A model generated the notes under the pieces. The model had not been told where the DNA came from and did no database searches. It was given only the letters and a program-made list of their open reading frames with translations. Positions 9,186-17,483 of a DNA stretch of 64,000 bases are shown here, piece after piece. The stretch covers positions 96,001 through 160,000 of the forward strand of contig CAWFJP010000003.1 in NCBI GenBank assembly GCA_963816145.1. Reading direction: 5' to 3'. The position numbers were made by a program, and so were the translations under genes. The stretch comes from an uncultured delta proteobacterium (lineage in GTDB: Bacteria > Desulfobacterota > Binatia > UBA9968). Every line of letters begins with the position of its first letter. The first letter of the stretch is position 1.

Positions 9186-10472
9186 ATGATAAGCAAACGG
9201 GAACAAGCCGAAGTCATCAAGCGCATTGATCGTGACGAGCTAGCCGCGCTCACCAAAGATCTCGTCGATATTCCAAGTCCGACCGGTTCGGAAAAAACCC
9301 TCGGTGATTTTATTCTTGGCTGGTTCGCGCGCCATGGCATCAAGACCGTGCGCCAAGAGATTAACCCCGAGCGACTTAATGCCGTTGGCATTGTCGAAGG
9401 TGGTGCCAACGGGGTTTCGTTGATGATCAACGGTCATATGGACACGAGCTACACGGGCACCGCGGAAGACGCGATGTTTTGCCGTACCCTCGAGCCCGAT
9501 GACGATCTCAAAGGCGCGGTGCGCGACGGCAAGGTGTTCGGCCTCGGCGCATCCAACATGAAGTCGGGTCTGGCCGCGTTCATGGTCGCGGGAAAGGCGA
9601 TCCGTGAAAGCGGCCTCAGACTGAAGGGCGATCTTATTTTAGCGGCGGTCGCCGGCGAAATCTCGAGAACTCCCATCGGTCCCTATCAGTCAGAAGCGTA
9701 TCGCGGCGAAGGCACCGGTACGATTCATTTGTTAACCCACGGTATTCAGTCGGACTATGCCATCGTTGCCGACCGCTCGGGCCACTCGATTGTCTGGGCG
9801 CAAAATGGCGTGGCTCAGTTTAAAATCAGCACCTTCGGCGATCCCCATGCGGCATGGGGCGTGACTCGCGAAGAGAAATCACCGGAAGCCTCCAGCGCTA
9901 TTTTGAAAATGATCAAAGTTTTGCAAGCAGTTGACGGCTGGGCTGGCGAATTCGAACGAGCTCACGTTTATGCCTCGCCACATGGCCCGCTGGTGCCAAA
10001 GGTCAACATCGGTTCGATTCAGGGTGGCGCGCCGTTCCGGCCCAACTATTATCCCGGGGTTTGCTCGATCTATGTCGACGTGCGCACGCCACCGGAATTG
10101 CGGCCTGTGCAAGCGCAGCGCGAACTGAAGGCGGTACTCGGCAAGCTCGGCATCGAATTCGAGTTGGAAATGTACGCGTCCAAGATGGGCTATGAGGCAA
10201 AAAAGGTTGATTCGGTCATTAAGGTTCTCGAAGAGAGTTATCAGGCGCTGCTCGGCAAGAAGACGCCGACACCGACCGGCGTGCACGCGAGTATTTGGAC
10301 AGACACCAATATTTACAACGAAATGGGCATTCCGGCGTGCAAATTTGGCTTGGGCGGGGGACGCTGGAAGTTTCGTTCCGAGCAGATCGACGTTGAGGAT
10401 ATCTACCAGGCGGCTCAGGTTTATGCCTGTGCTGCACTGGAAATTTGCAACTGGGACAAGCCGCGGGATTGA
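9186..10472 (+). CDS. M20/ArgE/DapE-family metallohydrolase, non-canonical metal ligands
   Basis: LVDIPSPTGSE, MINGHMDT, GKVFGLGASNMKSG and a dimerisation domain. Confidence 0.8.
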   Translation: MISKREQAEVIKRIDRDELAALTKDLVDIPSPTGSEKTLGDFILGWFARHGIKTVRQEINPERLNAVGIVEGGANGVSLMINGHMDTSYTGTAEDAMFCRTLEPDDDLKGAVRDGKVFGLGASNMKSGLAAFMVAGKAIRESGLRLKGDLILAAVAGEISRTPIGPYQSEAYRGEGTGTIHLLTHGIQSDYAIVADRSGHSIVWAQNGVAQFKISTFGDPHAAWGVTREEKSPEASSAILKMIKVLQAVDGWAGEFERAHVYASPHGPLVPKVNIGSIQGGAPFRPNYYPGVCSIYVDVRTPPELRPVQAQRELKAVLGKLGIEFELEMYASKMGYEAKKVDSVIKVLEESYQALLGKKTPTPTGVHASIWTDTNIYNEMGIPACKFGLGGGRWKFRSEQIDVEDIYQAAQVYACAALEICNWDKPRD

Positions 10473-10481
10473 TTTCGTTCC

Positions 10482-10664
10482 ATGGGCTTTCCGATGGAAG
10501 AGCAGCTGCGAAAAATCAATCGGGATTATGGATTCAATCTAAGCGAAGCGGAAATTCAAACCATCGCGTGCCGAGCCGAGGAGTTCGAGCGCTTGTTTCG
10601 TTGTTTATATGAAGTCGATCTGAGCGAAACGGCGCCGCTGCTGAAACTAGATAAAAGGCCGTAG
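10482..10664 (+). CDS. Small GatC/AtzG-like amidase partner protein
   Basis: 60-aa acidic helical protein (GFNLSEAEIQTIA...LYEVDLSETAP) ending 2 nt before the amidase start. Confidence 0.55.
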   Translation: MGFPMEEQLRKINRDYGFNLSEAEIQTIACRAEEFERLFRCLYEVDLSETAPLLKLDKRP

Positions 10665-10666
10665 CC

Positions 10667-12109
10667 ATGGCCGAAGACGGCGAAATAGCGACCATCAGTG
10701 ATTTCGCGCCGCGCATTCGACGCAAAGAAATTTCCCCGGTGGAGCTGACACGGCTCTATCTCGAAAACGTGGCCCGGCTCAATCCGGTTCTCAATGCCTA
10801 TGTTACGGTAATCGAGGATCAAGCCGTCGAAGAAGCGCGTCAGGCGGAGCGGGAAGTTCTCCGCGGCCAATATCGCGGTCCGCTGCACGGTATTCCGTTC
10901 TCGATCAAAGACAATCTGGCAACGCGCGGAGTCAGAACCACCGCGGGATCTAAAATCCTCGCCGAGTGGATTCCCGATTTCGATGCCACGGCGGTGCAAA
11001 GATTGAAAGTTGCCGGCGCGATCCTGCTGGGCAAAACCAACATGCACGAGTGGGCGCTTGGCGGCACGACCATCAATCCGTTCTATGGCACGACGCACAA
11101 TCCCTGGAATGTCGACCATATCGCTGGCGGGTCAAGCGGCGGGTCCGCCGCCGCGGTGGCGGCCGACTTGTGCCTGGCTTCGATCGGTACCGATAGCGCA
11201 CAATCCGTGCGCAACCCCGCTTCAATGTGCGGCATTGTCGGACTAAAGCCGACCTACGGGCGGGTGAGCCAGTACGGCACGGTTGCCGGCACCGGCGCCT
11301 ATTCGACCAATCACACGGGCGTATTGACACGGACGGTGGCGGATTGCGCGCTGGTGCTGCAATGCATCGCGGGCTACGATCCCAGAGATCCGCTCAGCGC
11401 CAACGCGCCGGTAACGAACTTTTCGGCCAGGATCGGCATGGAAGTCAAAGGCATCAAGGTTGGCATTCTGCATGGCTACTTCGATGAATACATCGCCGGT
11501 GAAGTGAGTGAGCGTTTCTCCCAGGCCGTGGCGGCGTTGACTTGGCTGGGCGCGCAATGCGAGGAAGTGACGACGCCGCACCTCGATCTGGTTCCGGCGA
11601 TCAAAGTTTGCACCAGCCGAGTCGAGAATGCCGCCGCCCACGATGCATATTTGCGTACCAAGGCTCAGGAGTATAGCAAGGCGACGTTGCACAGTTATAT
11701 CGCCGCACTGCTGACGCCGGCCTCAACCTATGTGATGGCGCAACGGGCGCGGCGGATCGTCTGCGACGAATTCGATGATTTGTTGAAGCGGGTGCAGTTG
11801 CTGATCTTGCCGACAATCGGCTTTCCGGTACCGACGATCGAACAGTGCAACGAGGGGTATGTCGAATTCGACGGCAAGAAGCTGCCGCGGCAAGATTGCC
11901 GTGGCGGCCTCGAAAGCCTTTGCTGCATTCCGTTCAACGTCACGGGATTGCCGGCGATCAGTGTGTGTTGCGGTTTTTCCCAGTCGGGATTGCCGTTGGG
12001 TCTACAGATCGTCGCCGGCTCGTTTCAAGAGCCATTGCTGTTTCAGCTCGCGCACGCTTACGAGCGGTTAACTGAATGGCACACGCGGCGACCGGCTTTA
12101 CCCAGTTAA
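10667..12109 (+). CDS. Amidase signature family protein (GatA/AtzE-like)
   Basis: GPLHGIPFSIKDN, LGKTNMHE, GGSSGGSAAAVAA, GTDSAQSVRNPA, GLKPTYGRVS and GLPLGLQI. Confidence 0.92.
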   Translation: MAEDGEIATISDFAPRIRRKEISPVELTRLYLENVARLNPVLNAYVTVIEDQAVEEARQAEREVLRGQYRGPLHGIPFSIKDNLATRGVRTTAGSKILAEWIPDFDATAVQRLKVAGAILLGKTNMHEWALGGTTINPFYGTTHNPWNVDHIAGGSSGGSAAAVAADLCLASIGTDSAQSVRNPASMCGIVGLKPTYGRVSQYGTVAGTGAYSTNHTGVLTRTVADCALVLQCIAGYDPRDPLSANAPVTNFSARIGMEVKGIKVGILHGYFDEYIAGEVSERFSQAVAALTWLGAQCEEVTTPHLDLVPAIKVCTSRVENAAAHDAYLRTKAQEYSKATLHSYIAALLTPASTYVMAQRARRIVCDEFDDLLKRVQLLILPTIGFPVPTIEQCNEGYVEFDGKKLPRQDCRGGLESLCCIPFNVTGLPAISVCCGFSQSGLPLGLQIVAGSFQEPLLFQLAHAYERLTEWHTRRPALPS

Positions 12110-12121
12110 ACTCCGGCGTCT

Positions 12122-13780
12122 TTACACCGATCGTCCCGAATGGGTTTTGCCCCAGCGCGCGCGCATGGTTTTCATGGTGTCGCCTTCGCCGACTTCGACG
12201 CGAGTCTGTTTGAGCCGCTCCCAAACCTTCTCATGTTCACTTTTAGCTGCTAGATCCGCTTCTTGCGACAGGTCGTCCGGCCAGTAGCCCATCAGATAGC
12301 CATGCCAGGGCTCTTGCGGTTCCAGTGCTGGTAAACCCAACTCTTCCCAAAGCTGTTTCGCCCGCACCATGAATTCTTTCTTGGGCAGCGACAGGGGCGG
12401 AAAGTCGGCCTTGCGCGTGGCGTCGATCAACACCGACGACTCGCAATTATCATAGCGGCTCGACGGATGGCTGCAGACCATGCCGATGGGCGTGGCGCCG
12501 AAGGGCCGATCGGGAATGATTTTGAAATCCTTGTGCGGCTGCGAACGATGCGTGATCGCCCAAGTGACCGCCACGGGATCTTTGATGTTGATGTCTTCGT
12601 CGCAGGCCACCACCATCTTGCCGACCCGGTCACCGTAATCCAAGATCGCCTGCATCACTTTTCCAGGTTCTTCGTCGTTGCGTTTTTTGAGACTGACGGC
12701 GACGTAGGGGCGCAGATTCACCAGCGGTTCGATCAGATGGACATCGTGCACGCTGTCGAAACCCTTCTTGATCAAGTAGCGCTTGATCAAGGTCGACATA
12801 CCCATTGCCTTGATCTTCGAGCTTTCGCTCGGCGTCACCTGGCTGATGATCGACACCCAGATGGGATTTTTTCTGTGCGTGACGCACTTCAACTCGAAAA
12901 TAAAACTCAACGTGCGCGGATCGATATAGCCCATCGACTCGCCGTAGGGGCCTTCTTCTTCCATGTACTTAGTGGGAATAATTCCTTCCAGGACGATTTC
13001 CGCGGTCGCTGGCACTTCCAAGTCGACGGTCTTGCACTTGATCAGTTGCACCGGCGCGCCCTGCAGGCCGCCCGCCAAGGCCAGTTCATCGACATCGGGC
13101 GGCACTTTCTGAGTCGCCGCATAGGACACCACCGGGATGGTGCCGACGACGATGGCGACCTCCAAAGGCTTGCCCATACGCCGGCATTTCTCCCATTGAT
13201 TGGACAGGTCTTGCGGCGTGCCGGTCATGAGCCCGGTGCGATCGGGTCCCTTAATCAATCCGCGATAGTTGCCGACATTGCGCTGGCCGGTTTCAGGATC
13301 CTTGGTGATCCAGTGGCCGGCGGTGATGTAAGGGCCGTTGTCGAAGCCGGGCGTGGAGATCGGCACGGCGAATTCGTTGATCCCGCCATGGGCGAGCAGA
13401 TCCGCGCCCATATGGACTTCTTCCTGGGCCGGTCCGCTGTCGACCATCACCGGCGCGATCAGATTATCGAGGGCGTGGATCCAACGATCGGGCACTTCCT
13501 CCGGCTGGCACTTGAGTCCCAGCGAATAAATCGCTTCCGAACCGGACAAGCCGCCGACCAAGACCGAGCAGTCGTACTTATGGCCTTTGCCGTCGACGAC
13601 GTTGTCGAACAAGAAACCACGGCGCTGCGATTCGGCGATGCCGCCGCGATACTGCCAGCGCACCAGCGGTTGCAATTCGCTGTCCTTGTTGATCTCGCGG
13701 CGGATGCGATAAAGCTTTTCATGCTTTTCCAGTTCGCCGATAAATTCGCGCAAATCATGATAGGGCTGAGCAAAATTCAT
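12122..13780 (-). CDS. UbiD-family (prFMN-dependent) decarboxylase
   Basis: DLREFIGELEK, DNGPYITAG, RNVGNYR, VPATAEIVLEG, EEGPYGESMGY and VACDEDINI..VTWAITHR. Confidence 0.9.
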   Translation of the reverse strand: MNFAQPYHDLREFIGELEKHEKLYRIRREINKDSELQPLVRWQYRGGIAESQRRGFLFDNVVDGKGHKYDCSVLVGGLSGSEAIYSLGLKCQPEEVPDRWIHALDNLIAPVMVDSGPAQEEVHMGADLLAHGGINEFAVPISTPGFDNGPYITAGHWITKDPETGQRNVGNYRGLIKGPDRTGLMTGTPQDLSNQWEKCRRMGKPLEVAIVVGTIPVVSYAATQKVPPDVDELALAGGLQGAPVQLIKCKTVDLEVPATAEIVLEGIIPTKYMEEEGPYGESMGYIDPRTLSFIFELKCVTHRKNPIWVSIISQVTPSESSKIKAMGMSTLIKRYLIKKGFDSVHDVHLIEPLVNLRPYVAVSLKKRNDEEPGKVMQAILDYGDRVGKMVVACDEDINIKDPVAVTWAITHRSQPHKDFKIIPDRPFGATPIGMVCSHPSSRYDNCESSVLIDATRKADFPPLSLPKKEFMVRAKQLWEELGLPALEPQEPWHGYLMGYWPDDLSQEADLAAKSEHEKVWERLKQTRVEVGEGDTMKTMRARWGKTHSGRSV

Positions 13781-13880
13781 AGAGTTTTGGTCTATGTTTT
13801 TTTTTCTGGTTTATCAAGGCCAGTTGGGCCATTTTGCTTGCAAATTTACCGGCGCATCGTAAGATTGGGCGTCCCCGCTC

Positions 13881-15284
13881 ATGGCACTCAAACTCTTTAA
13901 TACTTTGACCAACGGGAAGGAATCGTTCACGCCTCTTACACCTGGGAAAGTGCGCATGTACGTCTGCGGCGTGACGGTATACGACTCGGCGCATGTCGGC
14001 CACGCGCGCTCGTTTTTCACTTTCGACGTCATCTATCGCTATTTGAAGTTTGCCGGCTTCGACGTTGAGTACGTGCGCAACTATACCGATGTCGACGACA
14101 AAATTATCAAGAAAGCCAACGATGAAGGAGTGAGCTGCGATACGATCACCGGACGTTACATCGCAGAGTTCGCTCAGGACGGCGAGAGCTTGGGCTGGCT
14201 GCGGCCGTCGCACGAGCCGCGCGCCACCGACCATATCGCCGAGATCATCGCGATCATCGAGAAACTCGAGGCCAAGGGTCTCGCCTACCGGGTCGACGGC
14301 GATATGTATTACGCCGTGTCGGGCTTTGCCGACTACGGCAAGCTGTCACGCAAGAAAATCGACGAGCTGGAGTCCGGCGCGCGCGTCGAAGTCGACGAGC
14401 GCAAGCGCTCGCCGCTGGATTTCGCTTTGTGGAAGGCGAGCAAACCTAACGAACCGACCTGGGAGAGCCCGTGGGGACCAGGGCGGCCAGGTTGGCATAT
14501 CGAATGCTCGGCCATGAGCACCAAATATTTGGGCCAGCCCTTCGATATTCACGGCGGCGGTCGGGATTTGATCTTTCCCCATCACGAGAACGAGATCGCC
14601 CAGTCCGAGGGCGCATTCGGCCTGCCGCTGGCGCGCTATTGGATTCACGCCGGCTTTCTCAACATCAATCACGAAAAAATGTCCAAGTCGCTGGGCAATT
14701 TTTTTACTATTCGCGATATTCTCGGCGACTTCGATGCCGTGGCGCTGCGCCATTTTTTTCTCGCCAGCCACTACCGTAATCCGCTGGATTTCTCTAAAGA
14801 TGGTTTGGAAGAGGCGGGCAAAGCGGCCGACCGGATCTTTGACACCTTCGAGCGGCTCGCCAAGGTGGTCAAGCTTGACACACTGGCGACCCCCGACGGC
14901 ACTCTGATGGACGCGTTCCGCCAGGAAATGGACGACGATTTCAATACGCCGCGGGCGCTGGCACTGATCTTCGATGAGGTGCGCGCGCTCAACAAACTAC
15001 TCGATGAAAAAACTACTAAAGGGATCGGGGCGCGCTATGCGGCGCTGCGGGCGATGTGCGATGGCCTGGGATTGCTCCAGGAAGGTTATCTTGAACGCAA
15101 GAAACAGCGTTGGCTGAAAAAAGGCACCTTAGCGGAAAGCCAGATCGAAACCGCGATCGCTCAGCGCAATGATGCGCGGCGGGCCAAGAATTGGCCCGAA
15201 GCCGATCGTCTTCGCGACGAACTCAATCGCCATGGCGTTTCGATCGAGGACACGCCGGAGGGGACGATATGGAAAGTAAGATGA
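13881..15284 (+). CDS. cysS: Cysteine--tRNA ligase
   Basis: MYVCGVTVYD, HVGH, GRPGWHIECSAM, DIHGGGRDLIFPHHENE and KMSKSLGN. Confidence 0.98.
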   Translation: MALKLFNTLTNGKESFTPLTPGKVRMYVCGVTVYDSAHVGHARSFFTFDVIYRYLKFAGFDVEYVRNYTDVDDKIIKKANDEGVSCDTITGRYIAEFAQDGESLGWLRPSHEPRATDHIAEIIAIIEKLEAKGLAYRVDGDMYYAVSGFADYGKLSRKKIDELESGARVEVDERKRSPLDFALWKASKPNEPTWESPWGPGRPGWHIECSAMSTKYLGQPFDIHGGGRDLIFPHHENEIAQSEGAFGLPLARYWIHAGFLNINHEKMSKSLGNFFTIRDILGDFDAVALRHFFLASHYRNPLDFSKDGLEEAGKAADRIFDTFERLAKVVKLDTLATPDGTLMDAFRQEMDDDFNTPRALALIFDEVRALNKLLDEKTTKGIGARYAALRAMCDGLGLLQEGYLERKKQRWLKKGTLAESQIETAIAQRNDARRAKNWPEADRLRDELNRHGVSIEDTPEGTIWKVR

Positions 15285-17170
15285 TGGGAGCGGCAGGCGG
15301 CGGTTTCCTGATTGCCTTCGGACTATGCGCTGCGCTCGCCTGGATCTCTTCAGCGTCGGCGCAGGAGTCGCCTGCCGGCGGGCAGGCTGAGATCAACATG
15401 CGTCGATCGGCGCAGAGCCGGCCGTACCAAGGGCGTGAAGTTGAGGGCGAAGAGCGTCAAATCGGACCCGGCGACAGCCTCTGGCGCATTTTGGTGCGCG
15501 ACAAAGGATTGCCTGGGGAAAAGTTTCACAGTTATTTGGTAGTGATTCGCGGACTCAATCCGCAGATCAAAGATCCGCAGATCCTCCGGGTCGGCGACAA
15601 GATTTTTATTCCGTTGCGGCCCGATCAGGTAGCCAGTTCGCGCCCAGCGTCGGACAAACGTGAAGACTCCTCGAGCATCAACCGGGGCGGCACGACCAAT
15701 TATCGGGTCAAGGCCGGCGAGCATCTCTATCAAATCCTCCGTGAGCAACTTAAACTCACCGACGATCGCAAGGTGGCGCAGTATTATGCGCTGGTGAAGG
15801 ATCTAAATTCCGAGCGCAAAACTTGGGATACCCTAAACGAAGGCGAAATCATTCGCTTGCCGGCGATTGGCCAGAGTACGCAAATTACGACAGCACCGGC
15901 AGCAAAGCCGCTGCGCCCCACGGAAACCTTGCCAGCCGAAAAACCTCTGGCGACAGAATCTCGCCCGGGCGCCAGAGTTAGCGGCGACGGAGATGGCAGC
16001 CAAGCTCAGACGACAGCGGCAGGAAAGTCCCAACGACCGGCAGAATCTCGGCGAACAGTCGAAACTAAACCGGCGGCGCCGGCTCTCGATCGCCGTCAGG
16101 CGATGCAGGCGCCGGCGAAAGAACAGATGGGGCTTTTTGCCAGAGTTGCCGAGGCGCTTGGCGGCGAGGTTCAGAACTCCGGCGAAGAAGTATTCTCGAT
16201 CGAAGACGGCAGCATTCGCTTGGATAAGAGCAGTTACCCTGTCGTCTATAGTCCAGTGCTGCGACAAAAAGTAGTCATCGATCCGGACGGCAAGATTCCC
16301 GCTTCTCTGCGCAGCAAGTTGGCGGACCCGACGCTTGGCACGCCGATCGTGCCAATGGCCAATGGCGTATCCATCCGCGAAGCGGTGGGGCAACTTTTGG
16401 CCGGTTTGGGCTATCAGCCGCTGCCAACCGACCGGCCGGTGACCATTCAAGAAGAAGGCGTGTCCTACGAAGCCAAAGGCGGCTGGATGGCGCTGGCACC
16501 GGAGCAGAGCAACAAGACTCAGGAAATTTATGTGATCAGTTTGACCGAAGAGAGTGGAGAAATTCCCGATTACTTGAAAAGCCAGCTACAAAAAAATGGT
16601 CTACATCTAAAAGATATCCTCTTGCCTGGTTCACAAAGCCAGTTGTCACAAAAAGCCCAGGCCGAGGCCAAAGAAGTCCGCAGCCAGGTCAAATCTTGGC
16701 CGCGCGATAAGCGCGAGATGGTCGATGCGCTGTTGTTTTCCTTCGGTGTGCCGTTTGGCGTGGCGGAAAATATCTCCGTGAAATTAAGCGACGGCTTGCG
16801 CATCGATACTCGCACGGACCGGGTATTTGAACTCGCTGGTAAAAAGACTGCACTGTTCTTTCAGCACCCTGATCCTGAAATTGTTAAAGCATTGCAGGAG
16901 ACCCAGGGGGTGCGCGCCGTCGAGCTCGATCTCACGAACCTGTCCTCGCGGGATCTGATTGGCCGGGTGTTGTCCGTGCTCGGCGAGCAGAGCAGCTATC
17001 GCGAGCATCGATTTACCGCCGCCAATGGCGCGGCGAAAGAACGATTGACCGTAACCGCTTGGGGGTTTCATTTGCAGCGGCGCTCGATGTTTGTCACAGA
17101 CCGCCAGATACCTACGGGACTACATCGTTTCTTTTTTGAAAAAGGGCTTGAGATCGTCTATTTTCAATGA
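15281..17170 (+). CDS. Secreted protein with two LysM-like repeats
   Basis: ATG overlaps the cysS stop (ATGA); signal peptide; GPGDSLWRIL..LNPQIKDPQILRVGDKIFIP and VKAGEHLYQIL..LN..LNEGEIIRLP; Pro/Ala-rich linker. Confidence 0.7.
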   Translation: MMGAAGGGFLIAFGLCAALAWISSASAQESPAGGQAEINMRRSAQSRPYQGREVEGEERQIGPGDSLWRILVRDKGLPGEKFHSYLVVIRGLNPQIKDPQILRVGDKIFIPLRPDQVASSRPASDKREDSSSINRGGTTNYRVKAGEHLYQILREQLKLTDDRKVAQYYALVKDLNSERKTWDTLNEGEIIRLPAIGQSTQITTAPAAKPLRPTETLPAEKPLATESRPGARVSGDGDGSQAQTTAAGKSQRPAESRRTVETKPAAPALDRRQAMQAPAKEQMGLFARVAEALGGEVQNSGEEVFSIEDGSIRLDKSSYPVVYSPVLRQKVVIDPDGKIPASLRSKLADPTLGTPIVPMANGVSIREAVGQLLAGLGYQPLPTDRPVTIQEEGVSYEAKGGWMALAPEQSNKTQEIYVISLTEESGEIPDYLKSQLQKNGLHLKDILLPGSQSQLSQKAQAEAKEVRSQVKSWPRDKREMVDALLFSFGVPFGVAENISVKLSDGLRIDTRTDRVFELAGKKTALFFQHPDPEIVKALQETQGVRAVELDLTNLSSRDLIGRVLSVLGEQSSYREHRFTAANGAAKERLTVTAWGFHLQRRSMFVTDRQIPTGLHRFFFEKGLEIVYFQ

Positions 17171-17186
17171 TCGGTCCTACGCGGAC

Positions 17187-17263
17187 GCGCCTGTAGCTCA
17201 ACTGGACAGAGCATCAGACTTCGGATCTGAGGGTTGGGGGTTCGAATCCCTCCAGGCGCGCCA
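17187..17263 (+). tRNA. tRNA-Arg (anticodon TCG)
   Basis: GCGCCTG/CAGGCGC acceptor stem, TCAGA-CTTCGGA-TCTGA anticodon arm, GGTTCGAATCC, CCA end; 77 nt. Confidence 0.96.
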
Positions 17264-17483
17264 TTGTCCAGCAACTTGCCGTCTACACTTAAAGTCATTT
17301 CTAGCCGTTGTGTCCAGAATGTGTCGACAGAATCAGAGCGATCGTTTCACGGGAGGTTATACTTCGGACGCGGATCTCGATCGAGCGTCCGCTGCGCGCT
17401 TTCACATGATTATATCGGAACGCATGCTGCTCGGACGGTAGTGCGATGACATTCTCATCGAGTCGTTCATATCGGGTGCTCCG

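Noticed and set aside
10482-12109. gatC/gatA assignment
   Set aside because: No gatB is adjacent, the motif deviates from GatA, and the context is catabolic.
12467-13900. 477-aa plus-strand ORF
   Set aside because: Antisense shadow of the UbiD gene.
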